This document shows, piece by piece, positions 34,041-42,985 of a DNA stretch of 43,784 nt. The notes beneath the pieces were generated by a model. It was not told the origin of the DNA. It saw only the letters and a program-made list of their open reading frames with translations, and did not search any database. This DNA is from a virus (lineage: Duplodnaviria > Caudoviricetes). The position numbers and the translations under genes were made by a program. The first letter of the stretch is position 1, and the number at the start of each line of letters is the position of its first letter. The DNA is taken from positions 1 through 43,784 of IMG/VR virus record IMGVR_UViG_3300048998_000064; one strand, written 5' to 3'.

Positions 34041-34558
34041 TGGCGAGCCCGGTACAGATCGACTTCGGCGGCGAGGAGCGCAACTTCCTCTGCCGCATCG
34101 GCGAGCTGCGGAAGATCGAGGAGAAGTGCGGAGTCGGCGTGTTCGAGATCGCGGGAAGCCTGGGCCGGGTGGTTCAGGTTCTCCGTGAGAAGCCGAACGC
34201 CACGCTGTTCGAGCAGGTCATCTACATGGCCGGCACGAAGGCAGACTTCATCCGCGAGCCGATCTATCAGTGCCTGGTCGCGGGCGGCATGCCCTCCGGC
34301 GAGGCGACGATGCTGGTACGGCAGGAAGTCGATGAGCAGGGCTTCGTCGGTCTGGTGCAATCGGCCTCCGTAGCTTTGGTGGCGCTGATCGCTGGCGTCT
34401 CTATTCCCGACAAGGAGAAATCCGAGGGGGAGCTGGCAGGGGCGCCGAAGGCCCCGAAGGACTCGACTTCGGGCAAATCTACCGAAACGGGGGCGCGCTC
34501 GGCTGGACGCCGGAGCAAGTCGACCGCCAAGGCCTCTGGGAGTTCGGCGAAGCCGTAG
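34040..34558 (+). CDS. Tail assembly chaperone (G), with probable -1 frameshift extension to 34647 (GT)
   Basis: IGELRKIEEKCG; G GGG GAG at 34426-34432; -1 frame encodes LGWTPEQVDRQGLWEF. Confidence 0.8.
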   Translation: MASPVQIDFGGEERNFLCRIGELRKIEEKCGVGVFEIAGSLGRVVQVLREKPNATLFEQVIYMAGTKADFIREPIYQCLVAGGMPSGEATMLVRQEVDEQGFVGLVQSASVALVALIAGVSIPDKEKSEGELAGAPKAPKDSTSGKSTETGARSAGRRSKSTAKASGSSAKP

Positions 34559-34643
34559 CGGGCTGGAACGCGGCGCAAGGCGGTGACGACGGATCGACGC
34601 CGCCGACCGAAGCCGAGTTCGATGATATGGTGGAGCGGCTGGG

Positions 34644-34952
34644 TTAGCCGAGGAACGGATCGACTACGCTTGCTGGAGCGATTGCGGCCGGCGGCACGTC
34701 ACGGCCACAGAAGCGGCAGACCACGGCCTCTCGCCGGATGATCTCGGCGCAGCTCGGACACTGCCGGCCGCCTTCGGCAATCTGACGCTGATCCACGGCG
34801 CGCTGATCGGCCTTCATGATCAGGGCGTGGGGCAGGGCGACGATGAAGATCGCGGCGCCGTAAATCCACCAGAGGAAGAAGTTTCGCCCCTTGCTGGAGG
34901 CTATCGCCGCCGGCAGCAGCCCAATCACCACGGCGATCAACAGAATTTCCAT
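34644..34952 (-). CDS. Membrane protein with zinc ribbon (moron)
   Basis: TM segments, IASSKGR and CPSCAE...CRFCG; antisense within the tail operon. Confidence 0.8.
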   Translation of the reverse strand: MEILLIAVVIGLLPAAIASSKGRNFFLWWIYGAAIFIVALPHALIMKADQRAVDQRQIAEGGRQCPSCAEIIRREAVVCRFCGRDVPPAAIAPASVVDPFLG

Positions 34953-34999
34953 CGGCGGTAGAAGTAGGCCGCCAGTGGCCATCAGCCAAGGGGCGAGGC

Positions 35000-35407
35000 A
35001 TGGCCCAAGACGCCGCAGCCGTCGTGCGACGATTCAACCGCATCCCCGACGCCGTGAAGCGGGCGATTGAGCCGGCGTTGAAGCGGGAGGTCGATGATCT
35101 GGTGGCCGCCCAGCGTCGGGCCGCGCCAGTCGGAAATCCCGCTGAAGGCGACGACAATCCCGGCAAGTTCAGGGACTCGATCCACGCTTACCCCAACCCG
35201 AAAAGACCCTTGTCCTTCCGGATCATCGCCGACGCGAAGGATGTGAAGGGCCACTTCATCGGCTCGCACATCGAATACGGCCACCGCACGGTGAACGGCC
35301 AGCACGTGGTCGCCAGCCCCAGCTTTTGGCCGATCTACCGAGCCTTGCGGAAGCCGATGCGCCGGCGCCTGAACAAGGTGGCGCGCGACGCCGTGAAGGC
35401 GGTCTGA
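35000..35407 (+). CDS. HK97 gp10-family tail completion protein
   Basis: APV...GKFRDSI...IEYG...PSFWP motifs. Confidence 0.75.
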   Translation: MAQDAAAVVRRFNRIPDAVKRAIEPALKREVDDLVAAQRRAAPVGNPAEGDDNPGKFRDSIHAYPNPKRPLSFRIIADAKDVKGHFIGSHIEYGHRTVNGQHVVASPSFWPIYRALRKPMRRRLNKVARDAVKAV

Positions 35408-35417
35408 GGAGAAGCCC

Positions 35418-37877
35418 ATGGCTGACAGTGACGGCCAGGCCCTGCTGCTTCAGGTTTCGGCGGACATCTCTGGTCTCGAACGCCAGATGCGTCGGGCCGG
35501 GATCGTAGTCGATGAACAGACGGGTGTGATCACGCGCCGCGTCAATCGCATGAAGCACGATGTCGAGGGGTCCCTTGGCAGCATCAATGTCGCTGGCGCC
35601 CTTGGCCGCGTGTTCGACCGCAGCCGGCTCGCGGTGCTTGAACAGGGCGCGGCGCGCATCAGCGTTTTCGGTTCAGCGCTGGAGTCCCTTGGTCCCGCTG
35701 GATTGGCGGCAGGCGCCGGCATCGCAGGCTTGGCGGTTGCCTTCACCCAGGCACGCGAAGCCGCTGCCTTTGCGGACGCCATCGGGGACACGGCCAACCG
35801 GCTTCACGTCACGACCGACGCCCTGCAGGAATACCGCTATGCGGTGCGCTTGGCCGGCGGCGAGGAGCACGGGGCCGATGAGGCTTTGGGTGCATTCTCC
35901 GTCACGCTCGGCAACGCGCAGGCGGGCCTTGGCCGGGCCGTCCGAGCCTTCACGTCCCTCGGGTTCACGACGGCGCAGATCAACGGCTTCCACAGCACGG
36001 AAGAAGCCCTTGAGGCTGTAAACCGGCGCATCAACGAGCTTGGCAGCAACTCTCAGCGCGACTCGATTATCAGCCGCTTGGGCCTGGACGGCATGGCTCC
36101 GCTGATCAATGCCGGCGCCGATGCCATGGACCATTTCCGCGCCCAAGCTCGGGCGGCTGGGATCGTCATGGACGCCGACCTGATCCGCCGCGGCGGCGAG
36201 TTGAACGACCAGTTCGAGACCTTGAACCAAGCAATCGCCGTGCAACTGCACAGCGCCTTTGTGGATCTCGGCCCGGTCCTTCTGCAGCTCCTCGGCTACC
36301 TGGCGCAAATGGCGCGGTTCATCGCCGACACGGTGGACGGTCTTCGGTCAGTCGAGAACCGTTCGACGCGCGGGCTTGAGCAGCAGCGCGCGGCGCTGAT
36401 TGCCCAGATCAACCAAGTTCAGGCGAACAACAGCGGTCCCGCTGGCGACACGATCATCCGGGAGAACCTCGGGCACCTTCAAGAGATCGATGCGCAGCTT
36501 GCAGCTCGCCGCGCCACTGCGACAGCGCCGCCGCCGCCTCGTGGCGATCGTCACCTTGAGCCGGCCGCACACCCGACGCACACGCCTCACGCCCCCGCCG
36601 GCCCGAACCCCGAAGACGTCCGACGCCGCGGCCTGGACGCCATCGCTGCCGCCGATCAAGAGCTGCTCAACGCGCAGAAGGCCGAATTGCAGGCCCAACT
36701 CGCCGCGACGGACAACGTCGAGGAGCAAGGCCGCCTTCGTGGTCAGATCACCGACATCGAGCATCAGCTTCGAGAGGTGGCGAACCAGAAGGTGATCGAC
36801 GATCTGAACAGTCAGGTCGCGCGCCACCAGATTAGCCGTGCGGATGCCAACACTGCCATTGCGACTCGCCGGCAGGCCGATGCCGCGCAGGCTCAAGCCG
36901 AGACGGCGGAACGCGCGCAGCAGGATCAGGCAACCGACTTCGCGCTGACCCAGCAGACGTTCAACAGCCATGCGGAACTTCTGCAACTCGGCATCCGCCT
37001 CCGAGACGCCCAAGCCCAGCTTTCGACGAGCGCGCAGGCCCGCGCTGACGCGGCGGTTCAGAGCTTCCGCGACCAGCAAGAGATCGACGCCAACAACTAC
37101 TCGGAACAGCAGCGTGAGGCTCGGCTTCGGGGCGAGATTACCCAGGCTGTAGAGCGCGAACGCATCGCCGCCTTCGCCGCCGCGCAGGCCGCCGAACTTG
37201 CGGCCCAACAGGATCAGCAGCGCCGGCAGGCGAACCCCCTCTACGACTACGGCCACCCACTCCAGGACGTGAACACCGACCTACAGTCGGCCGCGGTCAA
37301 TGGCCTCCAGGCTTTCAACCAGGGCCTGACCGACGCAATCACCGGGGCCAAGAGTCTCGGCGACGTCTTCCACGATGTCGCGCTGCAGATCATCGCCGAC
37401 CTCATCAAGATCGCGATTGAGCGCAACATCACTGAGCCGCTGGCAAACATGCTCTTCGGCGGTGGAGGAGGAAGCGGCAGCGCCGGCGGAGGCTTCAATC
37501 TTCTCAGTGCTGCGGCATCGCTCTTCGGCGGCGGGACGCCTGCCCACAACGCCACTGGCACGGACAACTGGCGCGGCGGCCTCACGTGGGTGGGCGAGAG
37601 CGGCAAGGAGCTTTTGAACTTGCCGCGCGGCTCTCAGATCATCCCCGGCTCAAGGGTGTCGGCCTTGGGCAATGCAGCCCACGCGGCCCAGCAGATCATC
37701 GTCCAGAACTACCACCTTCATGCTGAAGGCGCGGTCACGACCGACGAGTTGATGGCCGGCTTCGACCGCCAGATGCGTGTGATTTCCGCGCAGAACACGG
37801 CGGCCGGATACAGGCAGGCCCGCAAAGATACTCCGAGCTGGGTGGCGCAGCGCCAAAGAGAGCGAAGAGGACTTTAG
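35418..37877 (+). CDS. Tape measure protein
   Basis: 819 aa, Ala/Gln-rich helical; C-terminal ATG...WVGESGKEL. Confidence 0.92.
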   Translation: MADSDGQALLLQVSADISGLERQMRRAGIVVDEQTGVITRRVNRMKHDVEGSLGSINVAGALGRVFDRSRLAVLEQGAARISVFGSALESLGPAGLAAGAGIAGLAVAFTQAREAAAFADAIGDTANRLHVTTDALQEYRYAVRLAGGEEHGADEALGAFSVTLGNAQAGLGRAVRAFTSLGFTTAQINGFHSTEEALEAVNRRINELGSNSQRDSIISRLGLDGMAPLINAGADAMDHFRAQARAAGIVMDADLIRRGGELNDQFETLNQAIAVQLHSAFVDLGPVLLQLLGYLAQMARFIADTVDGLRSVENRSTRGLEQQRAALIAQINQVQANNSGPAGDTIIRENLGHLQEIDAQLAARRATATAPPPPRGDRHLEPAAHPTHTPHAPAGPNPEDVRRRGLDAIAAADQELLNAQKAELQAQLAATDNVEEQGRLRGQITDIEHQLREVANQKVIDDLNSQVARHQISRADANTAIATRRQADAAQAQAETAERAQQDQATDFALTQQTFNSHAELLQLGIRLRDAQAQLSTSAQARADAAVQSFRDQQEIDANNYSEQQREARLRGEITQAVERERIAAFAAAQAAELAAQQDQQRRQANPLYDYGHPLQDVNTDLQSAAVNGLQAFNQGLTDAITGAKSLGDVFHDVALQIIADLIKIAIERNITEPLANMLFGGGGGSGSAGGGFNLLSAAASLFGGGTPAHNATGTDNWRGGLTWVGESGKELLNLPRGSQIIPGSRVSALGNAAHAAQQIIVQNYHLHAEGAVTTDELMAGFDRQMRVISAQNTAAGYRQARKDTPSWVAQRQRERRGL

Positions 37878-37882
37878 CTGCT

Positions 37883-38311
37883 CTAGGGGTGGATTGGCTG
37901 GCCGGCGCGGAGAGACGCGCGCTGGGCAAAAATCAAGGCCCGCAGGTCGACGCCAGCCGGGCAAGTGAAGGTGGCCTCCCAGGTCACTTCATTGTCGAGG
38001 GTGTAGGCGTCGGTCACCGTGCAGCCGACCGGCCGCGTCAGTTCTTCGGCCGCCGCAACCCAGACCGGCTTGGGCATGTTCAGGTTTGCTGCGTTGAACG
38101 TCAGCCCTTCAAGCAGGCCTTGTCCCATTGAAGCCCCGAGGGGTCGTTGCAGCATCAGGTCGTTTTCGCGCGGGTGGACCCAGACACGGAACGTGTGGCC
38201 GCGGGCGTGAACGACAGCGTCTCCGGTGCCGTGGTCGTATTCGCTCATTCGGCTGAAGCTGGCGCACCCGGCCAACAGCAAGCACGCCGCGAGTAGAATC
38301 GTCGTCCGCAT
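37883..38311 (-). CDS. Lipoprotein moron
   Basis: Lipobox LLAGC; GGAG RBS; antisense within the tail operon. Confidence 0.8.
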   Translation of the reverse strand: MRTTILLAACLLLAGCASFSRMSEYDHGTGDAVVHARGHTFRVWVHPRENDLMLQRPLGASMGQGLLEGLTFNAANLNMPKPVWVAAAEELTRPVGCTVTDAYTLDNEVTWEATFTCPAGVDLRALIFAQRASLRAGQPIHP

Positions 38312-38383
38312 AGGTCATCTCCCCAGCACCCTAGCGGCGACCGTATGCGCGCCAACGTAGTGTTTGCAAGATGAGAGGCGCGA

Positions 38384-39082
38384 ATGCCGGACGTCCTCCC
38401 TTGGTGCTTCACCAACCGCGCCGAATGCGTCTGGGATCTGCCTGGGGCTTTTACGTCTGGCGGCGTCTCGACCTTCGGCGGCGCCCCCATTCAACGCAGA
38501 ATGGACGGCGGCGGTTCGTGGCGCATGTCGATGAAGAGCGTCCTGCTTCTCGACCGCAACGACCAGCGGCTGTGGGCGGCCCTGATGGCGAACTGGAACC
38601 TCGGTGATCTCCAGATCGAGGTGCCCGTGCAGTGGTCGCGCCGGAACGCCAGCTTCAGCCCGTTCGAGGCCGTGCCGTTCTCCGATGGCGTGCCGTTCGA
38701 CGACGTGACACTATTCGCCGGCGGGACAGCCAATGGGACCCTGGCCGCGGACGTCGCACTGCGAGCAACCACGGCACAGATCAAGCTTCCTGTCGGCGCA
38801 GCGCTGATGGGCGGCGAGCCCTTCACCCTCGTCGGCTCTACCGGCGCCCGGCTCTATGACGTGGCGCGAGTGACGAGCGTGGTCGCCGATCCAACCGGCG
38901 ACACAGCCACCATCAGGTTCGGACCGCCAGCGCGAGAGGATTACGCCTCAGGCGCAACCGTCGACTTCGGCAACCCGCGCTGCCTGATGCTGGCGCAACC
39001 GCAGACCGATGGTGCGGCCCCGGCCTACGGACGCTCACGGGCGACGTCTGCGAGCATGGTGTTCTGGGAGTCGCCCCCATGA
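38384..39082 (+). CDS. Distal tail/baseplate protein (putative)
   Basis: First rightward gene after TMP; PFSDG.PFDD motif. Confidence 0.6.
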   Translation: MPDVLPWCFTNRAECVWDLPGAFTSGGVSTFGGAPIQRRMDGGGSWRMSMKSVLLLDRNDQRLWAALMANWNLGDLQIEVPVQWSRRNASFSPFEAVPFSDGVPFDDVTLFAGGTANGTLAADVALRATTAQIKLPVGAALMGGEPFTLVGSTGARLYDVARVTSVVADPTGDTATIRFGPPAREDYASGATVDFGNPRCLMLAQPQTDGAAPAYGRSRATSASMVFWESPP

Positions 39083-39672
39083 TCGGCGAGAGCGACGACG
39101 CTTACGTTCCCGACACCCTCTCGGTCGCGTTCTTCTGGCTGCTGAAATGCGGGACGCCTGACCAGTGGGTGCGCTTCTGGTCCGGCTTCGGAAACTATCC
39201 CCACGCGGCGGACGCAATCGACACCAGGGGCGGGATCTACACCGGCCTGGGGGATCTACAGGGCCTGCCTGAATTGGCGCTGGCGCTCAACGGCGCTTTC
39301 TCCGGCCTGGAGTTCTCGCTGTCTGGACTGACGGTTGAGGCCTTGGTCTTGGCCGGCGTCGATCGTGACCTTGTCGATGGCGCGTCCATCCACGTCGGAA
39401 TGCGTGATCTCGGTCCCTTCTTCGAGCCCGTGGGCGGCACGGACTGGCTGATGCGTGCCATTGCAGGGAAGCCGCGGACGAAGCGCCAAGGCACGCCGCC
39501 TCAAGCTGTCCGAACTGTCACCCTGCCGGCCACCTTGGCCTTTCAGGACACCAACCTGACGGCCAGCCAATTCCTGACGCCCACGGGTCAAAGAGCGCGA
39601 TCGGCGGACGACGCCTTCTGCGATCTGACGCCGGCGTATAGCTCCAACTCCACTGTGAAATGGCCGGCATAG
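39079..39672 (+). CDS. Minor tail protein
   Basis: RFWSG.G...G.IYTGLG...LEFSLSG; C-terminal W. Confidence 0.65.
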   Translation: MIGESDDAYVPDTLSVAFFWLLKCGTPDQWVRFWSGFGNYPHAADAIDTRGGIYTGLGDLQGLPELALALNGAFSGLEFSLSGLTVEALVLAGVDRDLVDGASIHVGMRDLGPFFEPVGGTDWLMRAIAGKPRTKRQGTPPQAVRTVTLPATLAFQDTNLTASQFLTPTGQRARSADDAFCDLTPAYSSNSTVKWPA

Positions 39673-40067
39673 ACCGCCTGTCTCGCCTCTCCCTCTATCT
39701 GCACAAAGCCGCCCGCGTCCCCTTCGTCTGGGGCGAGTTCGACTGCCTGTGCGGGTTCGTGTCGGGCTGGGTTGATCAGGAGCGGGGCGGCGACAGCGCC
39801 GGAGCCTTCAGGGGTTCTTACGACGACGAGGAAGGCGCTGCGCGGGTCATGGAAGCCTGTGGCGGCATGGGCGCGCTCATCGGAGCCTGCGCCGGTGAGG
39901 CGGGCTGTACGCCCACGACAGAGCCTGCGGCGGGAGATATCGGCATGGTGAAAGTCGGGGGGCTCACGGCCGGCGCAATTCGCACGGGCAAAGGATGGGC
40001 CGTGCTGCGTATCGGCGGCGGCTATTCGGTCTCTCGGCTGCGTCACGTCTCGGCCTGGGCGGTCTGA
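39660..40067 (+). CDS. NlpC/P60-like tail tip assembly protein (DUF6950-like)
   Basis: PFVWGEFDC...GD motifs; position. Confidence 0.75.
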   Translation: MAGIDRLSRLSLYLHKAARVPFVWGEFDCLCGFVSGWVDQERGGDSAGAFRGSYDDEEGAARVMEACGGMGALIGACAGEAGCTPTTEPAAGDIGMVKVGGLTAGAIRTGKGWAVLRIGGGYSVSRLRHVSAWAV

Positions 40068-41908
40068 TGCCGCCGCTTGCTGCGTTCATCGCCTCGACAC
40101 TGACGGCTGTCGGCGTCCCGGCGGCCACCGCCATTACCGCGGCGACGATCATCGTCAACGTCGCGACGGCTGCGGCGCTCTCGTTGATCACCGCTGAGCT
40201 GACCAAGCCGCCTGGTCCCGAAGCCGGCAAGAGCACGGTGAAGCAGGCCCAACCGCCGCGGCGCTACGGCATCGGCAAGGCCCGCGTCTCCGGCTTCTTC
40301 ATGCTGCGGGAGGCGATCGAGAACCGCCTTTATCGAGTGATCTCGCTGCCGGAGGGTCCGGTGGACCACTACGGCCAAGCCTGGCTGAACGATGACGCGG
40401 TGACGATCACAGCGGGCGTCGTTCAAGGCCTGGCCGATGGCCGCTACTTCACCGGCAAGGTTCTCTGGGACACCCGGTTCGGCGAGGAGACCGAAACCAA
40501 CTACGCGAGCGCGTCGGCGGCTTTCCCGAGCCTGTGGCCCTCTACGGCCCGCGGCGACGGCATCCCGTCGATGTACCTGCTCTGCACGAACGGCAAGCTG
40601 GAGGACGTCCCCAAGGACTTCCCGAATGGCGAGCCCGATCCTTCGATCGAAGCCTTCTTCCGCGCCTATGACTGGCGTGATCCCGGCCAGGACATCGACG
40701 ACAACACCACCTGGACCTATTCAGCCAACGCCATCGTCAACGCGGTCAACGTCTGCTGGCGGCGGTTCGCCATGGATTGGGAGACGTGCTTCGCGCCCAA
40801 TCTGGCCGACCTGACGGTCGAGGCGAACAAGTGCGACGAGGCGGTGGCCCTGAAAGGCGGCGGGACCGAACCCCGTTACGAGAGCGGCTTCTTCTTCGAC
40901 GCCACCAACGCCTTCGGCGATGTCCTGCCGATCCTGCTGAGTGCTATGGACGGGCATTTCGCGCAGCGGCGCGACGGCTCCTACATGATCCGCTGCGGCC
41001 ACTTCTACACGCCCACGGTCACGCTGGGGGACCGCGAGGTCTGGGACTACGAGTTCGATCCCGGCCCGACGCCGGACGCCCTGCGCAACTGCCTGACGGT
41101 CAGCTACACCGACCCATCAAACGCGTATTCGAAGGTGCAGACAGCCGATTGGGCGGACGATACGAGCGTCCTAAAGGTCGGCGAAAAGCGCGACGACTTC
41201 TATCCGTCTGCCGTCCAGAGCAACGGTCAGGTCCGCCGGCTGGCGAAGCGCCAACTCTCTCGGCTCATGGCGGCATCCGGCTCGATCCGGTGTCCGCTCT
41301 CTGCCCGGCGTGCATTGGGCGAACGCTACATCGGCCTGAACATCTCCGAGTGTGACGACCTCAACGGCGTCGTGGTGGAGTTGGGCGAGCCGACGATCGA
41401 CCTGACCGGAGCAGGGTCCATCTCGTGGCCCTTCACCCTGGCCGATCCGAACATCGACGCCTGGGACCCTGCGACGGAAGAGGGCGACGGGGTTCTAAGC
41501 GTTGATCGCCCGACGCCCGTTCCCCTGGACGTTCCCACGATTTCGAGCATCGCGTCGTTCTTCGGCAGCATCGGCTCCGGCGATGGCACGCGGCTGGCGA
41601 TCAACGCCATGGGGCCGGATCGGGAAGACCTGACGTGGTTCTACCGGTGGCGCGTGCACACGGACACGGCCTGGGTCGAGGCGCAGACCACCGACGCCGA
41701 CCCGCTCCTGCCGGTCCTGTTGAACACAGGCTTTGTCGAGGCCAACACGCTGCTTGACGTGGCGGTGGCTTACAAGACCGGCGGCGGCACGCTTTCCGAC
41801 TGGAGCACCACGGCCACCGTCGACTCCACCGTCGTCACCCCCGGCCAGATGAACTTCGTCAGCCCGGCCAACAGCGGCCTTCTGGCCGTGCTGCTCCAAG
41901 GACTTTGA
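40067..41908 (+). CDS. Tail tip/hub (host-specificity) protein
   Basis: RRYGIGKARVSG, TWTYSAN and ANKCDE...PRYE motifs; 613 aa. Confidence 0.8.
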   Translation: MPPLAAFIASTLTAVGVPAATAITAATIIVNVATAAALSLITAELTKPPGPEAGKSTVKQAQPPRRYGIGKARVSGFFMLREAIENRLYRVISLPEGPVDHYGQAWLNDDAVTITAGVVQGLADGRYFTGKVLWDTRFGEETETNYASASAAFPSLWPSTARGDGIPSMYLLCTNGKLEDVPKDFPNGEPDPSIEAFFRAYDWRDPGQDIDDNTTWTYSANAIVNAVNVCWRRFAMDWETCFAPNLADLTVEANKCDEAVALKGGGTEPRYESGFFFDATNAFGDVLPILLSAMDGHFAQRRDGSYMIRCGHFYTPTVTLGDREVWDYEFDPGPTPDALRNCLTVSYTDPSNAYSKVQTADWADDTSVLKVGEKRDDFYPSAVQSNGQVRRLAKRQLSRLMAASGSIRCPLSARRALGERYIGLNISECDDLNGVVVELGEPTIDLTGAGSISWPFTLADPNIDAWDPATEEGDGVLSVDRPTPVPLDVPTISSIASFFGSIGSGDGTRLAINAMGPDREDLTWFYRWRVHTDTAWVEAQTTDADPLLPVLLNTGFVEANTLLDVAVAYKTGGGTLSDWSTTATVDSTVVTPGQMNFVSPANSGLLAVLLQGL

Positions 41909-41909
41909 C

Positions 41910-42893
41910 ATGACCACGTCCATCATCGTGAAGGACCACACGGGCACAGACGTCACCGTCGATCTGCCCGCTGGCGCCGTTGCCGATGCGGCGGTTTCCG
42001 ATCCGACCGCGTCAGGCTCTCTCGTCGCACTGGCGAAGGGCAAGCTGACACTGCTTGGCGGGGTGACGGAGACCGCGCCGGCCTCGGACACCGCGTCGTC
42101 GGGGCTGAACGGCCGGCTGCAGCGGATCGCGCAGAACATCACCACGGCGATTGCGTCGCTGGCCTCGATCCTCGCCAAGCTGCCGTCGCTGGGCACAGCT
42201 GGCACGCCCTCATCGAATGTGATCAGCGTGCAGGGCGTCTCGTCGGGCACGTCCATCATTGTCGGCGGGCCAGTTGCCGGCGGCGCGACCGCTGGCGGCA
42301 ATCCCGTTCTGGCTGGAGCCGATTTCAACTCGACCTTGCCGACCTATACGACTGGACAGCGCGGGGGCCTTCAGGTCACCAGCCGCGGCTCTCTGCGGAC
42401 CTATCTGACGGGGGCCGTCTCTGCGGCTGGCGACGGGCAGGCGGCGGTTCTCGTTATCGTGGGCCGCGATGATGCGACCGGCGGGGCTGGTTTCCTCGGC
42501 ACCATGTCGTTCGTCTACAATGGCGCCACGCTCGACAAGGTGAAGAAGCCAGTAGCTGCCAGCACCAAACGCCTTCTCTCGGCTGCCGCCAGCACGAACG
42601 GGGACTTCGCGAAGGCCAGCGCTGGGGATGTGTTCAACATCAACGGCTACAACGCCGCCGCCTCGGTGCGCTTCCTGAAACTCTATAACAAGGCGTCGGC
42701 GCCGACCGTGGGCACCGACACCCCGGTCCTGACCATTGCCCTGCCGCCCGGCGCGTCGTTCAGCCACTCCTGGCCCGCTGGCCTCTACTTCTCGACCGGC
42801 ATCGCCTTCGCGCTGACGACGGGTGCGCCGGACGCTGACACCGGCGCCCTGACGGCGGCCGATGTCGTGGGGCTGAACGTCGTCCTGCAATAG
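41910..42893 (+). CDS. Putative tail-associated structural protein
   Basis: Ala/Thr/Gly-rich; C-terminal RFLKLYNKASAPTVGTDTP domain. Confidence 0.65.
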   Translation: MTTSIIVKDHTGTDVTVDLPAGAVADAAVSDPTASGSLVALAKGKLTLLGGVTETAPASDTASSGLNGRLQRIAQNITTAIASLASILAKLPSLGTAGTPSSNVISVQGVSSGTSIIVGGPVAGGATAGGNPVLAGADFNSTLPTYTTGQRGGLQVTSRGSLRTYLTGAVSAAGDGQAAVLVIVGRDDATGGAGFLGTMSFVYNGATLDKVKKPVAASTKRLLSAAASTNGDFAKASAGDVFNINGYNAAASVRFLKLYNKASAPTVGTDTPVLTIALPPGASFSHSWPAGLYFSTGIAFALTTGAPDADTGALTAADVVGLNVVLQ

Positions 42894-42985
42894 CCGTTGT
42901 GTCTGGTCTGATCGCCAGCCCCGAAATGTGGTAGTTCAATCGCATCAGCGTCGGATGACGCCGAAGCCCTACGATGGAGTTCGCC

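Noticed and set aside
33549-42960. Similar small hairpins CGTC-GAGA-TGACG (~33549) and CGTC-GGA-TGACG (~42949) upstream of tail genes
   Set aside because: Only two short copies in GC-rich DNA; cannot be distinguished from chance
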